From: Ylistrum balloti
Lineage: Eukaryota
Direction of reading: 5' to 3'
Assembly (NCBI RefSeq): GCF_031769215.1
Contig: NW_026782621.1
Coordinates: 186,001-250,000 of the forward strand
Length of the DNA: 64,000 nucleotides
Positions 13,313 to 23,303 of the stretch are shown here, piece by piece. How positions within the stretch are numbered: the stretch's first letter is position 1; every line of letters starts with the position of its first letter. A program made the translations under genes and the position numbers. Under the pieces are notes generated by a model. The model was not told the DNA's origin, searched no databases, and worked only from the letters and a program-made list of their open reading frames with translations.

Positions 13313-14504
13313 CACTAAATGGCAGAGGACATCTTGGAAACTTAAACTAAACTAAAGCGATTAATATAGGTATTTAACAAGTTTTAATAAATTGTCAGCG
13401 ATTTCGAAAGATCAAAACAAATTTTAAAAATGACCCAACAGCGAGATTTTTTTTATTTGAAATATTTTGTATTAACATGTAATGGGATAAGAATTGATAG
13501 AAATCGTCTACAAAAATATAATTGCACGAACTCTGTGCAAATCATGTCTGTTTCAGAGGTTTTAACTGAATTTTTTACATACTTTTAAAAAGTGGCATTG
13601 ACAACTCCAGATACATCCCTACAGCATACTACATGGACTATTGAACCTGTTTCTTACCGATCAAAATGATTAGGAGTCCACAAACTTCGGAAGAATTATT
13701 AAATAAGTATTTATATAATACTACAAATATTTATATTAATGACCGTAGTTACTATACAACAACTGTTCCGAGTATATCTAGACTAAATCAGATGTTTGAT
13801 CCACACGGGGATATAGTATACGGTTTACTTGCCGTAAACTACGGCATCGAATCCCAGTTTAAGGCGCCTACTCGTTCATCAGTCGCCATTTGTTTAAATC
13901 ACTATTGCAAAATTCCAATTATTGATTGACTGACTACTTTTTCCTGAAGTAGCCAACTACTGGATTATTTGTAGACTTATAGCTAATGTATTTTTGAGCA
14001 AACAGTCGATAAATGCATGGTGCCGTAGCTGTATAATTTCAAACAAAGAACCTTGAAAACATTTTAAACTGATCGGCTACTTTTTCCTCAAATACCGAGT
14101 ATGTACCCGGGTTATTTATAGGCTGTTTATGTTTTGTGGAATACAAATAGTCGATAAAACTACGGTGCCGTAGCTACATAGTTCGCAATCCTGACAACAC
14201 TGTAAAACTACCTGATGAACAAAAATTAAGTAATTACTGCAACACTACAACGAAACTAATTTATTATATAGTTTTCAAGTAATAAAAATCACCAATACAT
14301 TTAAACACAAATTTACTAATATATGGGACACAATAATCAATGAGAATTTGAAACATTTCAGTTATATCCAAATATCTGCCATCACTTTTAATATGACCAA
14401 CGTATTCAGATTAAAGTGACGATGTCGTCCATTTTCTGTCAATGAAATATTTATGATTGTACAATAAAATCCATTTAAGAATATAATCGAAAGCAAATGT
14501 GCCT

Positions 14505-16613
14505 TCAACTGAATGCAGTGTTACCTCTTAAATAAATATTACCTGAAAGATCAATTGAATCTGTGAGCAATTCGGCATCCATCTTTGAATGCAGGAAAGT
14601 TATTCTATTTTGAGCTTGTTCCTTGAATTCTAAAATACTGTTGTTAACTGCAAGAAGGAATGCTTCTTCGGCATATTCTAAAGCCCTGAGTACATGTTTC
14701 CGACGATAATGATAGTCACTCTTTGCTAAGAGGAGAGGGACTTTTAAAAATGCTGTAATCGGAATGTCAGAATCTTCCAGTTGACGCAGATACTTTCCAG
14801 CAAGTTCAATATCTTCAACACTTGGCAGTACGTCTTCTCTATACAGGCCCCTGTCTCCACAGCGAAGTAACAAAATGATGAGTCGGCACAAAGCAAAACC
14901 GAACCCAAATGGTCCGTCATTTCCTTCTTCCCGCTTAAAATTATCCAAGGATTTCTCACAGCTTTTCTTGGCTATTTTGTAAAGATGTTCGTACACGGAT
15001 GGATAGGTTGATCTTTGGGTGTTCAACATTGATATTTGTACCATAATATGTTTAACGTCATTCATATACAACCAGCCAGCCGCTCGTCCTGTACAACTGG
15101 TAGGATCTGCCTCAATCATCATTTTGGCATCATCTAGAGTTCTCTGTAGTTTTTCAAACTTTTTCTTGATACTTAACATTCGCGTTTGAGATGTTAGTAA
15201 TTCTAAAGTAAAATATTTTGGATTATTTGTTTGTCGTGCTAATTTAAACCCAGTTTTTATGTATCTTTTAGCAGAATCCACATCCACTGAATGCAAGAAC
15301 CGGCTAGCGAACAGGTAATCAAGAGTACACGATATATCCTTATCACTGCCTTGTTTTAGTCGAATTTCCACCGCACACTTCTCAAATTGATCATACCGTC
15401 CTTGATTTATTAATGTACTTAGAGAGTTGAACACAATTTCGTGACCTCTTTTATGTAAATTTCTTGACTGTGGTAACACATTGAAATGAGTCGGAACTAA
15501 TGACATACTTTCCGTAAATTTGGACTTAGAAGATAGTTTTTTTCTTTGACGCTTAATCCTTTCCTCCTGCTTTTTATGTACTATATTTCTCGCAATGTCC
15601 TCTTCGGATGTATCCGAATAAATTGTTGTTTGATGACACTGCGTGTTCTTCAATGATCGAGAAGAATAGTTTCCAGGGTATTTGGTTGTGTGAAAATACC
15701 GATCATAACTCGATAATTCGACGTTAGTTGTGACCCTAAAATCTAAATTGTCGGTATTGTAGACGCCTTTTGCTTCAGAATTCGTTAAGAAAGACATATC
15801 CAGATTTGGGATCAAAAGTGTTGACACTGATGTAGGTGTTTTCACTTTACTGACTCCAAGACCCCTACGCATCACTTCAAGGAGAATTGGATGAGAACAT
15901 TCCTCACCAATCTCTTCTTCTGAATGCTTAGGAACGACTGGAATCTCTACTTTTATTTCCCTAAGTCTTTGTGCTATGTAACCATACTTTTGTCGTAGTG
16001 ACTCTCTAAAAATGTTAAAAACGTTGTCATGGCCACATGTTGATAGCTTCTTTAACAGGGCAATGCATCTGTCTCTTCGGGTTTTCTCTGATTTTATCGA
16101 TTCATAGTCATGTCCTTCTAAAATGGATTCTTGGTACAACAAATCTAAGAGGTCGTTCACTTCTACATTTTGTAATATCAAACAACAGTTTTCTTGTATT
16201 GCTGTTCTCAAACTTGGGTCGACAATGTAAACTGGAATAAACGGCTGACAATTCAAACATACTTTATGTTTTCTTTCTTTTGAAGGGGGACTGTTTCTTA
16301 TACTCTCGCAGCCATCGACACATTCATATCTGGCCACAGTACTTTCCGTTCCGTGCAATAATTCTTCTAGATGTGAACAGCTCTGTTTTAAAGCATTCTT
16401 AAAAGAATAATACGCGTCTGGACCACGAGTAGGAAGAATTCCCAGCAGCTTCCGACATCTTTCCTTTCTTGTTTTACCCGTATTGATAAGTTCATGGTCA
16501 CTTTCAGTAAATATTCCATCTTGTTGTAAATAATCAAAAACTTCATTCGGATCCAGCTCGTCTACCAGAGTGACATAATTTCTTCGAAGGATTTTCTGCT
16601 GTTCGTCGTACAT
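14505..16613 (-). CDS. Tandem-CARD (2xCARD) protein with C-terminal alpha-helical (TPR-like) domain, 702 aa, single coding exon
   Basis: Uninterrupted ORF. CARD1 is RNYVTLVDELDPNEVFDYLQQDGIF...RGPDAYYSFKNAL (caspase-2/RAIDD/Apaf-1-type signature). CARD2 is LILQNVEVNDLLDLLYQESIL...FNIFRESLRQKYGYI. A splice acceptor TTGCAG|GTTTG (exon starts 16624) lies just before ATG 16613, so the first 22 ORF residues are probably not translated. Stop TGA at 14505. TPR-like is an inference from the amphipathic helical pattern. Confidence 0.88.
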   Translation of the reverse strand: MYDEQQKILRRNYVTLVDELDPNEVFDYLQQDGIFTESDHELINTGKTRKERCRKLLGILPTRGPDAYYSFKNALKQSCSHLEELLHGTESTVARYECVDGCESIRNSPPSKERKHKVCLNCQPFIPVYIVDPSLRTAIQENCCLILQNVEVNDLLDLLYQESILEGHDYESIKSEKTRRDRCIALLKKLSTCGHDNVFNIFRESLRQKYGYIAQRLREIKVEIPVVPKHSEEEIGEECSHPILLEVMRRGLGVSKVKTPTSVSTLLIPNLDMSFLTNSEAKGVYNTDNLDFRVTTNVELSSYDRYFHTTKYPGNYSSRSLKNTQCHQTTIYSDTSEEDIARNIVHKKQEERIKRQRKKLSSKSKFTESMSLVPTHFNVLPQSRNLHKRGHEIVFNSLSTLINQGRYDQFEKCAVEIRLKQGSDKDISCTLDYLFASRFLHSVDVDSAKRYIKTGFKLARQTNNPKYFTLELLTSQTRMLSIKKKFEKLQRTLDDAKMMIEADPTSCTGRAAGWLYMNDVKHIMVQISMLNTQRSTYPSVYEHLYKIAKKSCEKSLDNFKREEGNDGPFGFGFALCRLIILLLRCGDRGLYREDVLPSVEDIELAGKYLRQLEDSDIPITAFLKVPLLLAKSDYHYRRKHVLRALEYAEEAFLLAVNNSILEFKEQAQNRITFLHSKMDAELLTDSIDLSGNIYLRGNTAFS

Positions 16614-19600
16614 TATCAACAAACCTGCAAAGATAAGATAGTTACCATAAATTTTACCACAACTGGTACATAGTAACAATGCATCAAAATTAGATATACC
16701 GTGTCTTTAAAATTAAAAAAGTAATACAAAGTGACATTTCACATCGTTATAACAATAGTGAATATTTGCATCTTCCCTCGAAATATCTTCATCCAGATAT
16801 TTGTCAAAATGTACCTGACAAACTGTCGCTCATTATCATGGATTAGATGCCATTGACATTATCATATATGAATTCCCTGATATCAATAGGAATATGTTAT
16901 GCACTGTCTATTTATCTTCATATTTCGACGAATACAACAAAGAAAAGACATACAATTTTCTGCATATCTCCACGTCTTTGTGAACAGAAACATCTACACA
17001 TCTACATATCCTGATGAACACAAAAACTCCATTCCCAAATCTACATATCTTCATGTCTTCATAACAAAAGTCACAAATAAGTCATACAGTTTTCTTCATA
17101 TGTTAATGTTTTGATCAACAAAAATGTCTTCATACCTTAATGTCTCGATGAATTCATGAAAAAAGCCATACAGCTATCTCCATGTCTGAATGTCTTACAA
17201 CTATCTCTTGTACATATCTTCATACTTGTTAAATACTACCTACATATATACATGTCACCGACCTACGTGTATCTAAGTATATACGTCCTCTCAAATACAG
17301 GAGACACAGCCATCATCACATAAGAAAGATACATTCAGCCGTTAAAATGTTACTTTCTCTAGTTTACCACTACATGTTGTTGTATATGTTAAAACTCGTA
17401 CCAAATCAAATTTGAGGGTACACTATACACATAGCTTCGCCATTATATCTACTACATATGATGTACAGTATGAAACAATATGCATGGAAACTGGAATATA
17501 GTTTTAAGACATCAAATTTGAAAAAAAACATTGTATTTATACTAAAAAAACAAAAAACAAAACAAAAAGACAGACGTTGTAAGCAACATATTATGATATC
17601 CTACCTGTACTTTCACCAGAAAACTTCATGTAACAGAGTTGCTCTACATTAGAGATGACTACGTAGAAAATTTCTAAATTCGTAGCCCGAAGTTGAATGT
17701 TACAGTTGGTCTACATCCGCCTGCATTACCGTAGCGATTACAGCACAGCTTATGTCGTTTAACACTGTAGTAATGAGAGGACGGAAGTTAGCTAACTTAT
17801 GGATACTTGCTTATATGTGCAAATACTCTGAAAATTACATTTTAACATGGCGATCGATATGCCGGTTATGTGATAACAATACATACCAGCAATAAAACAG
17901 TATGGGCATACAGAAAAGTGACTTTAAAAGGAAAGATGGCGGAGATTGAGAAAATGACACATATGGGTGGCTAACAAAGAGGTTTACACTCTATCAAAAG
18001 TATATGTGTGGTTATCACATTACAGAGGCAACCGGCAGCAGTTAACACCAGGGATTGTGTTACTGTTTAACACACATGTGTATTATGTGATGGCCTCATA
18101 CAAGATCTTTCACTTTAATGCAGTGTCAGATAAACATGTCTGAAGAAAAACAAAAATCGATAACTATAACAGAAACGAACAGCATGTATTTCTGTCGACA
18201 GTAATTAATATCGGTCTTTCTAATCGAACTTTTATGAAATAGAGTGTCTCGATGTTATTGTACTACAGTCACTAACCTCGTCTGTAAATACACATACATG
18301 TATATACAATTGAAGGTACGTAACTCTACCGGCCTTCCGAAGCGACCTAATTTAGGAAGGATTATCATTGCTAAACCACTTAATATTTCTCGCTGGGAGT
18401 GCTCTGAATCGACAAACAAATACCTTTTCTTCAATTTGATATATAATTCACTATATAAAATGCCTTTGAGTTATCGCTAGATTTCATCATATATATTTTA
18501 ATTGTCAAATTTGTGTTAGTCGGACAGTCATCTAGCAGCGATCTGAATCATTACATGTACGCGATTCAACCTCAGTGTTAGACTAATCAGTCACTTACTT
18601 ACTATTGTGCTAGTTCCATTTCTCTGGTTATCTTGTCAAACATTGAAGCTCAGATTTAAAGCCTACGATGCACAGTCATACCTTTAAATGTAAGTAGTCC
18701 AAACAGGTTCAAGCTTTCATTGTTAACCACGTGTAGTGGGATTTACAGAAATTTATTTTGATGCGTATACACATAGATGAGGCCGATCCCAGACTATTGT
18801 AAGCGTGACGTAAACAGTTACGGACCAGTGGTCGCGTTATTCATTACTGACTACGAAATTTATTTCGCTGATATTTTATTTAACATGGTATGTAAAACAC
18901 GCGTGTAATATCATCTGTTATTATTAATGATTAGATATGCTTACATACATATTGTTTGTTAATTTATTTTTATGTGGCTTAATTAATATTTTAAACTATA
19001 AATATTTTTACTGGAAATACCCAGTTTGAAGAAAAAATCATATTCTTGGTATGACTACTAACGATTTGGGACACATTTAGTTTTCTCTCGCGACGTTCAT
19101 TCGCTTACAGTACACTTTTGATTCGTGTCTTATTTCATATTTGAAAGAGGGCGCCGGAAAATTTCTTGTCAAACTAATCTAACTCTACTTTTATCATCGT
19201 TCACGAATCGGTTCCCAGTTCATATCCTGTAAATTCACAATTCTATTTTAAGCGATTACACATTACACAGAAAACCCCAAACGGCATAATTAGTCACTAG
19301 AAACTAGTATGACTTCACTAAAACATTTCGTATCATAAAAAAGTTAATATTCTTTTTTTACAACGAATAATTATAGGTAGACAGATTGGTCATATTGCCC
19401 CTGCATAAACGATATATCAAACATCTTCTGAAGTGGAAATGTATCAGTCATATAAAGGGAGTTTGAAGAAACTCTTTATTGTTTAGAATTAGCAAAAAGT
19501 AAGTCAAAATAAACAAAGCATGTTCGATTATACAAAATTAGGGTCTGTATAATGTCTTCGGCTAACGTAGACAGCTATTATTTAAATGATACCTGTTGTA

Positions 19601-21368
19601 ATAGATCCAATAATCAATGTTTTTGGTTAGAGGTGATTTCTATCCTGGTGTTTCATGGTTTTATATTGGTACTTGATACATGTATCTATATTTCTGTTTT
19701 GTTTGCTTTATATTTGTTTTCCCTCATTATTTCTTACGACATGTATCATAAGGAAATTTAAATCCGATCAATATGATCCTGTCAGCCATGGCTTTGATAC
19801 TTATTTATGTGTTTAAGATTTATCTTATAACAGTTCCTTCCCAAATTTATCCAAACAAAAAGACAATGTGAACGTAAACAGGCATAGCTTTGCTAGATTA
19901 TCTTTTCAGTATTATCAAACAATTTGTTCAATATGTCTATCTCTTCATTTATGTGCAGAATATCAAAAAGGCTCGATAGATTAACCTTGAAAAAAACAGA
20001 ACACAAAACACTGGCTGATCTTACCACCATGCCAATAAATCACACTTGTGGTTGTTACTATCGCTATTTATATCAATAACCATATAAATCTCACGATGTA
20101 TACATTTTATAATGTGCTCTACGGCAGGGTCGAATTTACTGTTGGATTAAGATCCTCGTCTACCAGCAATTGTAGGATTGCACACTCTAGGAAAGGGCAA
20201 GTTCTGGAATTTCAACCCACATGCAGTTGTAGATGAATTGTCTCGGGTAAGAAGAATTGTGATATATCTATTATACACAAAGAATGACAGAAAAAAATGA
20301 TGTATTCGATGTAATTGCGCATGTTTCGGACGAAAGCCGCGGGTGTGGTCTTTTGCTGTATGTTTCATCCGAGCTGTAATTGGACTGTTGTTCTTGTTTT
20401 AATCATTGTTTATTTTTATAAGCATAATGCAGTCAAACTTGCCTATAGACGCCACGCAATGAAGCAGAAATAAGTTACCTTGATAAGCAAGTAGTCTTTA
20501 TATAAAGATAATATGACCATAATATGTACAACATAAGGTCCCGAAATCATTGGCATTTATAGATATTTTTCATGAACAACAATAGCTGTTTAGCTCATTG
20601 TTTGGCTCTACTCTATCTCACTCTAAATTATGAAAAGGTGCTATTCACTTGTGTACAATCTTTAAGCATGTATGACTGTAGTAGTACATAAATTATGTAC
20701 ATTTCCACACCTATTTTCTTGGTAATCATATACATGTCCTTTTATTGAGTTCATCAACGGAGTGCAGCATAATAAATATCAATAACGATACTTTAATTGA
20801 ATACTGGTTAATTTTAACTGTTTATGTCAATATACAATCTCTACGTATGCATACTGTTCATATTACAGACAGTGGCTGTATGTGTAACAGTTCGGTATTT
20901 CCAATACAACACGTAACTAATCACACATAAAACGCTATATATAGTGCGTGTCGTATGTTGAATGTGATCTTCTTCCACGTAACAACGTTGTTTATTTTGT
21001 ATTCCACAATTGGTAGTATATTACTTGATACAGATCTGAAATGCCCCAGATTAATACAGACTATTTTCATATGCATACAGGTAATTAGAATTCTCTGATC
21101 TTCAATCAGTTCTGTTATAATTCAAAATATCATCAAGGAAGATTGAAACCACGAATGGAATGTATACCGTATTAACTGTACGCGACGATGCAGAGTAAAA
21201 CACTCGTCCTACACCACATAACGTAACAAAGTGTTTAGCACGATTGGCTATTGCGTCGTATCATCATGATGGTCCCAATCATTGATTTTATGTTATTGTC
21301 AAGTTCAGCTGTGCACTGAGGAAACTCACCCGGTTTTGAGCCTGTTCCTTGAATTCCAAAATGTTGTT

Positions 21369-23303
21369 TTAAGTCAACCGTAGAGCATCTCCTGCGTATT
21401 CCAGAGCCCTTTGTGTGTGTTTACGCCGATAATGATAGTCACTCTTTGCTAGGAGGACAGGCACCTTAAGAAAAGTGGTAATTGGAATATCGGAATCTTC
21501 GAGCTCCTGCAGATGTTTTCCAGCGATTTCGATCTCATGATCTGGCGCTGTACTGTCCTCATACTGACCCTTATCCCCACACCGAAGTAACAAGGTGACC
21601 AGTCGGCACAAAGCAAAGCCAAACCCGAAAGGCCCATCTTTACTTTTGTCACGTTTAAAATGATCTAATGATTTCTGACAGCTATCCATGGCCTGCTTGT
21701 ACAAATGTTCGTACAAGGATGAGTAATATGATCTTTTGGGGTTTAACAAAAACATTCGAATCATTATTTTTTTTACATCATTCATATATAACCAGCCCGC
21801 AGCTCGCCCTGTACAACTGTTAGGATCGGCTTCTATGATCATTTTTGCATCATCTAGTGCGTTCTGAAGTTTGCCGTGTTTTTTCTTTATTATCAACATT
21901 CGCGTTTGACAAGTGAAAAATTCTAGAGTAAAATACTTAGGATTACATGTTTTTTGTGCTAATTTGAATCCAGACTTTATATATGCTTTAGCAGAATCTA
22001 CATCAGCAGTATTTAAAAACCTACAGGCGAATAGATATTCTATAGTGCAAATCATGCCGATATTGCTACTCTGCCTTTGTTGGATACCCAGGGCGCATGC
22101 CTCAAACTCTTTGTAAGAACCTTGGTTTACTAATGTACTGAGGTGATTGAAAACTAAATCTTCTTTTGTGTTAAGTGGATCACAAGGCTGAGTGAAAAGT
22201 TGGCAATGTGATGTGCTTAAATGTATATATTTTGTAATAACATGCGAGGATAATGAAGTTCCATTTCTTTTCCGACTTTTTAGTGTCTCATGGGATCGAC
22301 ATGCATTGTTGTTTCCACAGTTGTTCTCTAAAATGTCAGCTGAAAACGTTGATGGGACACGACAGTTCGAATGAGAATATGTTGAGTTCCAAAATCGAGT
22401 TTTGATAGAGAGTTTTCTATCGAGCTTTTCCGTTAAGTCAAGTTCATCAAAACTATCGTTACATTCGTCTGTGGTGTCTGTTAAAACACATTCAGGCAAC
22501 GGAGAGGAAATCCTTTCAGGCACTGGAAAGTCCGATGTTTCTCCCGGCATTACTTTAGGGAGAATGAAATATGATTTCCGGTCATTCCTTTTAGCATTCG
22601 CTGAAGATACATGCACTTCCGTGACTTCTTCACTGACTATGTCAATCCTATCGGCTATGAAGGCATATTTTCTCTTCAATGACTCTTTGAAAACATTCAG
22701 CATCTTACAATTTACGCGTTTTGATAGTTTCTGTAAGAACGCAATACATCTGTCTCTTCGGGTGTTCCTCGATCTGATCCATTCACAGTCGTTCATATCT
22801 ATAATATTTTCTTGATAAAACAAATGTATTAAATCGTTCGCTTCTACATTTTCTAATATCAAACAACAATGTTTCTGTATGACATTATCTAAACCTGTGT
22901 TGCTAAAGGTAGCTGGCAGGTACGGTTGACACCTGTGGCATATTCCGTTGTTTCGACAATTTTCCGATTCTTGTCGGTAATTTGCTTTGTAGGAGACGTT
23001 TACACGTAAGTCATTTATCGTGCTATTATTTGAAGACGTTTCAGGAAGCAATTTTTCCAAATGAGAATAATTATGTGTTAATGCTTTCTTAAGTGAATCA
23101 TACGCACACGGGCCACGCCTGGGAAGAATTGCTAGTAGCATAAAACATCTTTCCTTTCTGGTTTTACCCGTATTGATAAGTTCATGATCACTCTCTGTAA
23201 ATAATCCGTCTTGTTGTAATTGATCAAATATGTCGTTTGGATCCAGCTCATTCACCAAAGCAACATGGTTCTTTTGAAGGATTTCCTTTTGGTTGTTGTA
23301 CAT
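21369..23303 (-). CDS. Paralogous 2xCARD + helical-domain protein, 644 aa, terminated by a premature TAA
   Basis: Collinear with 14505-16613, for example CTGRAAGWLYMNDVK, GPFGFGFALCRL and LLAKSDYHYRRKH. It has the same acceptor context TTTTAG|GTTTG (exon starts 23317) and ATG at 23303. After the TAA at 21369-21371 the frame continues NNILEFKEQAQNRVSFL to a TAA at 21288. Confidence 0.85.
   Translation of the reverse strand: MYNNQKEILQKNHVALVNELDPNDIFDQLQQDGLFTESDHELINTGKTRKERCFMLLAILPRRGPCAYDSLKKALTHNYSHLEKLLPETSSNNSTINDLRVNVSYKANYRQESENCRNNGICHRCQPYLPATFSNTGLDNVIQKHCCLILENVEANDLIHLFYQENIIDMNDCEWIRSRNTRRDRCIAFLQKLSKRVNCKMLNVFKESLKRKYAFIADRIDIVSEEVTEVHVSSANAKRNDRKSYFILPKVMPGETSDFPVPERISSPLPECVLTDTTDECNDSFDELDLTEKLDRKLSIKTRFWNSTYSHSNCRVPSTFSADILENNCGNNNACRSHETLKSRKRNGTSLSSHVITKYIHLSTSHCQLFTQPCDPLNTKEDLVFNHLSTLVNQGSYKEFEACALGIQQRQSSNIGMICTIEYLFACRFLNTADVDSAKAYIKSGFKLAQKTCNPKYFTLEFFTCQTRMLIIKKKHGKLQNALDDAKMIIEADPNSCTGRAAGWLYMNDVKKIMIRMFLLNPKRSYYSSLYEHLYKQAMDSCQKSLDHFKRDKSKDGPFGFGFALCRLVTLLLRCGDKGQYEDSTAPDHEIEIAGKHLQELEDSDIPITTFLKVPVLLAKSDYHYRRKHTQRALEYAGDALRLT

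Noticed and set aside
16614-16679. N-terminal extensions in the ORF track for the CARD genes (also 23304-23363), CNG last exon (52517-52549) and GLRX5 (61926-62021)
   Set aside because: They lie upstream of clear splice acceptors or of the first ATG in suitable context, and they use non-ATG starts or intronic sequence.
20320-20375. CGGACGAAAG with an inverted TTTCATCCG arm, hammerhead-like
   Set aside because: No CUGANGA core is correctly placed on either strand. Other CTGATGA sites checked lack a paired stem II plus GAAA.
22402-22815. 137-aa plus-strand ORF
   Set aside because: Antisense shadow of the CARD paralog 2 CDS.
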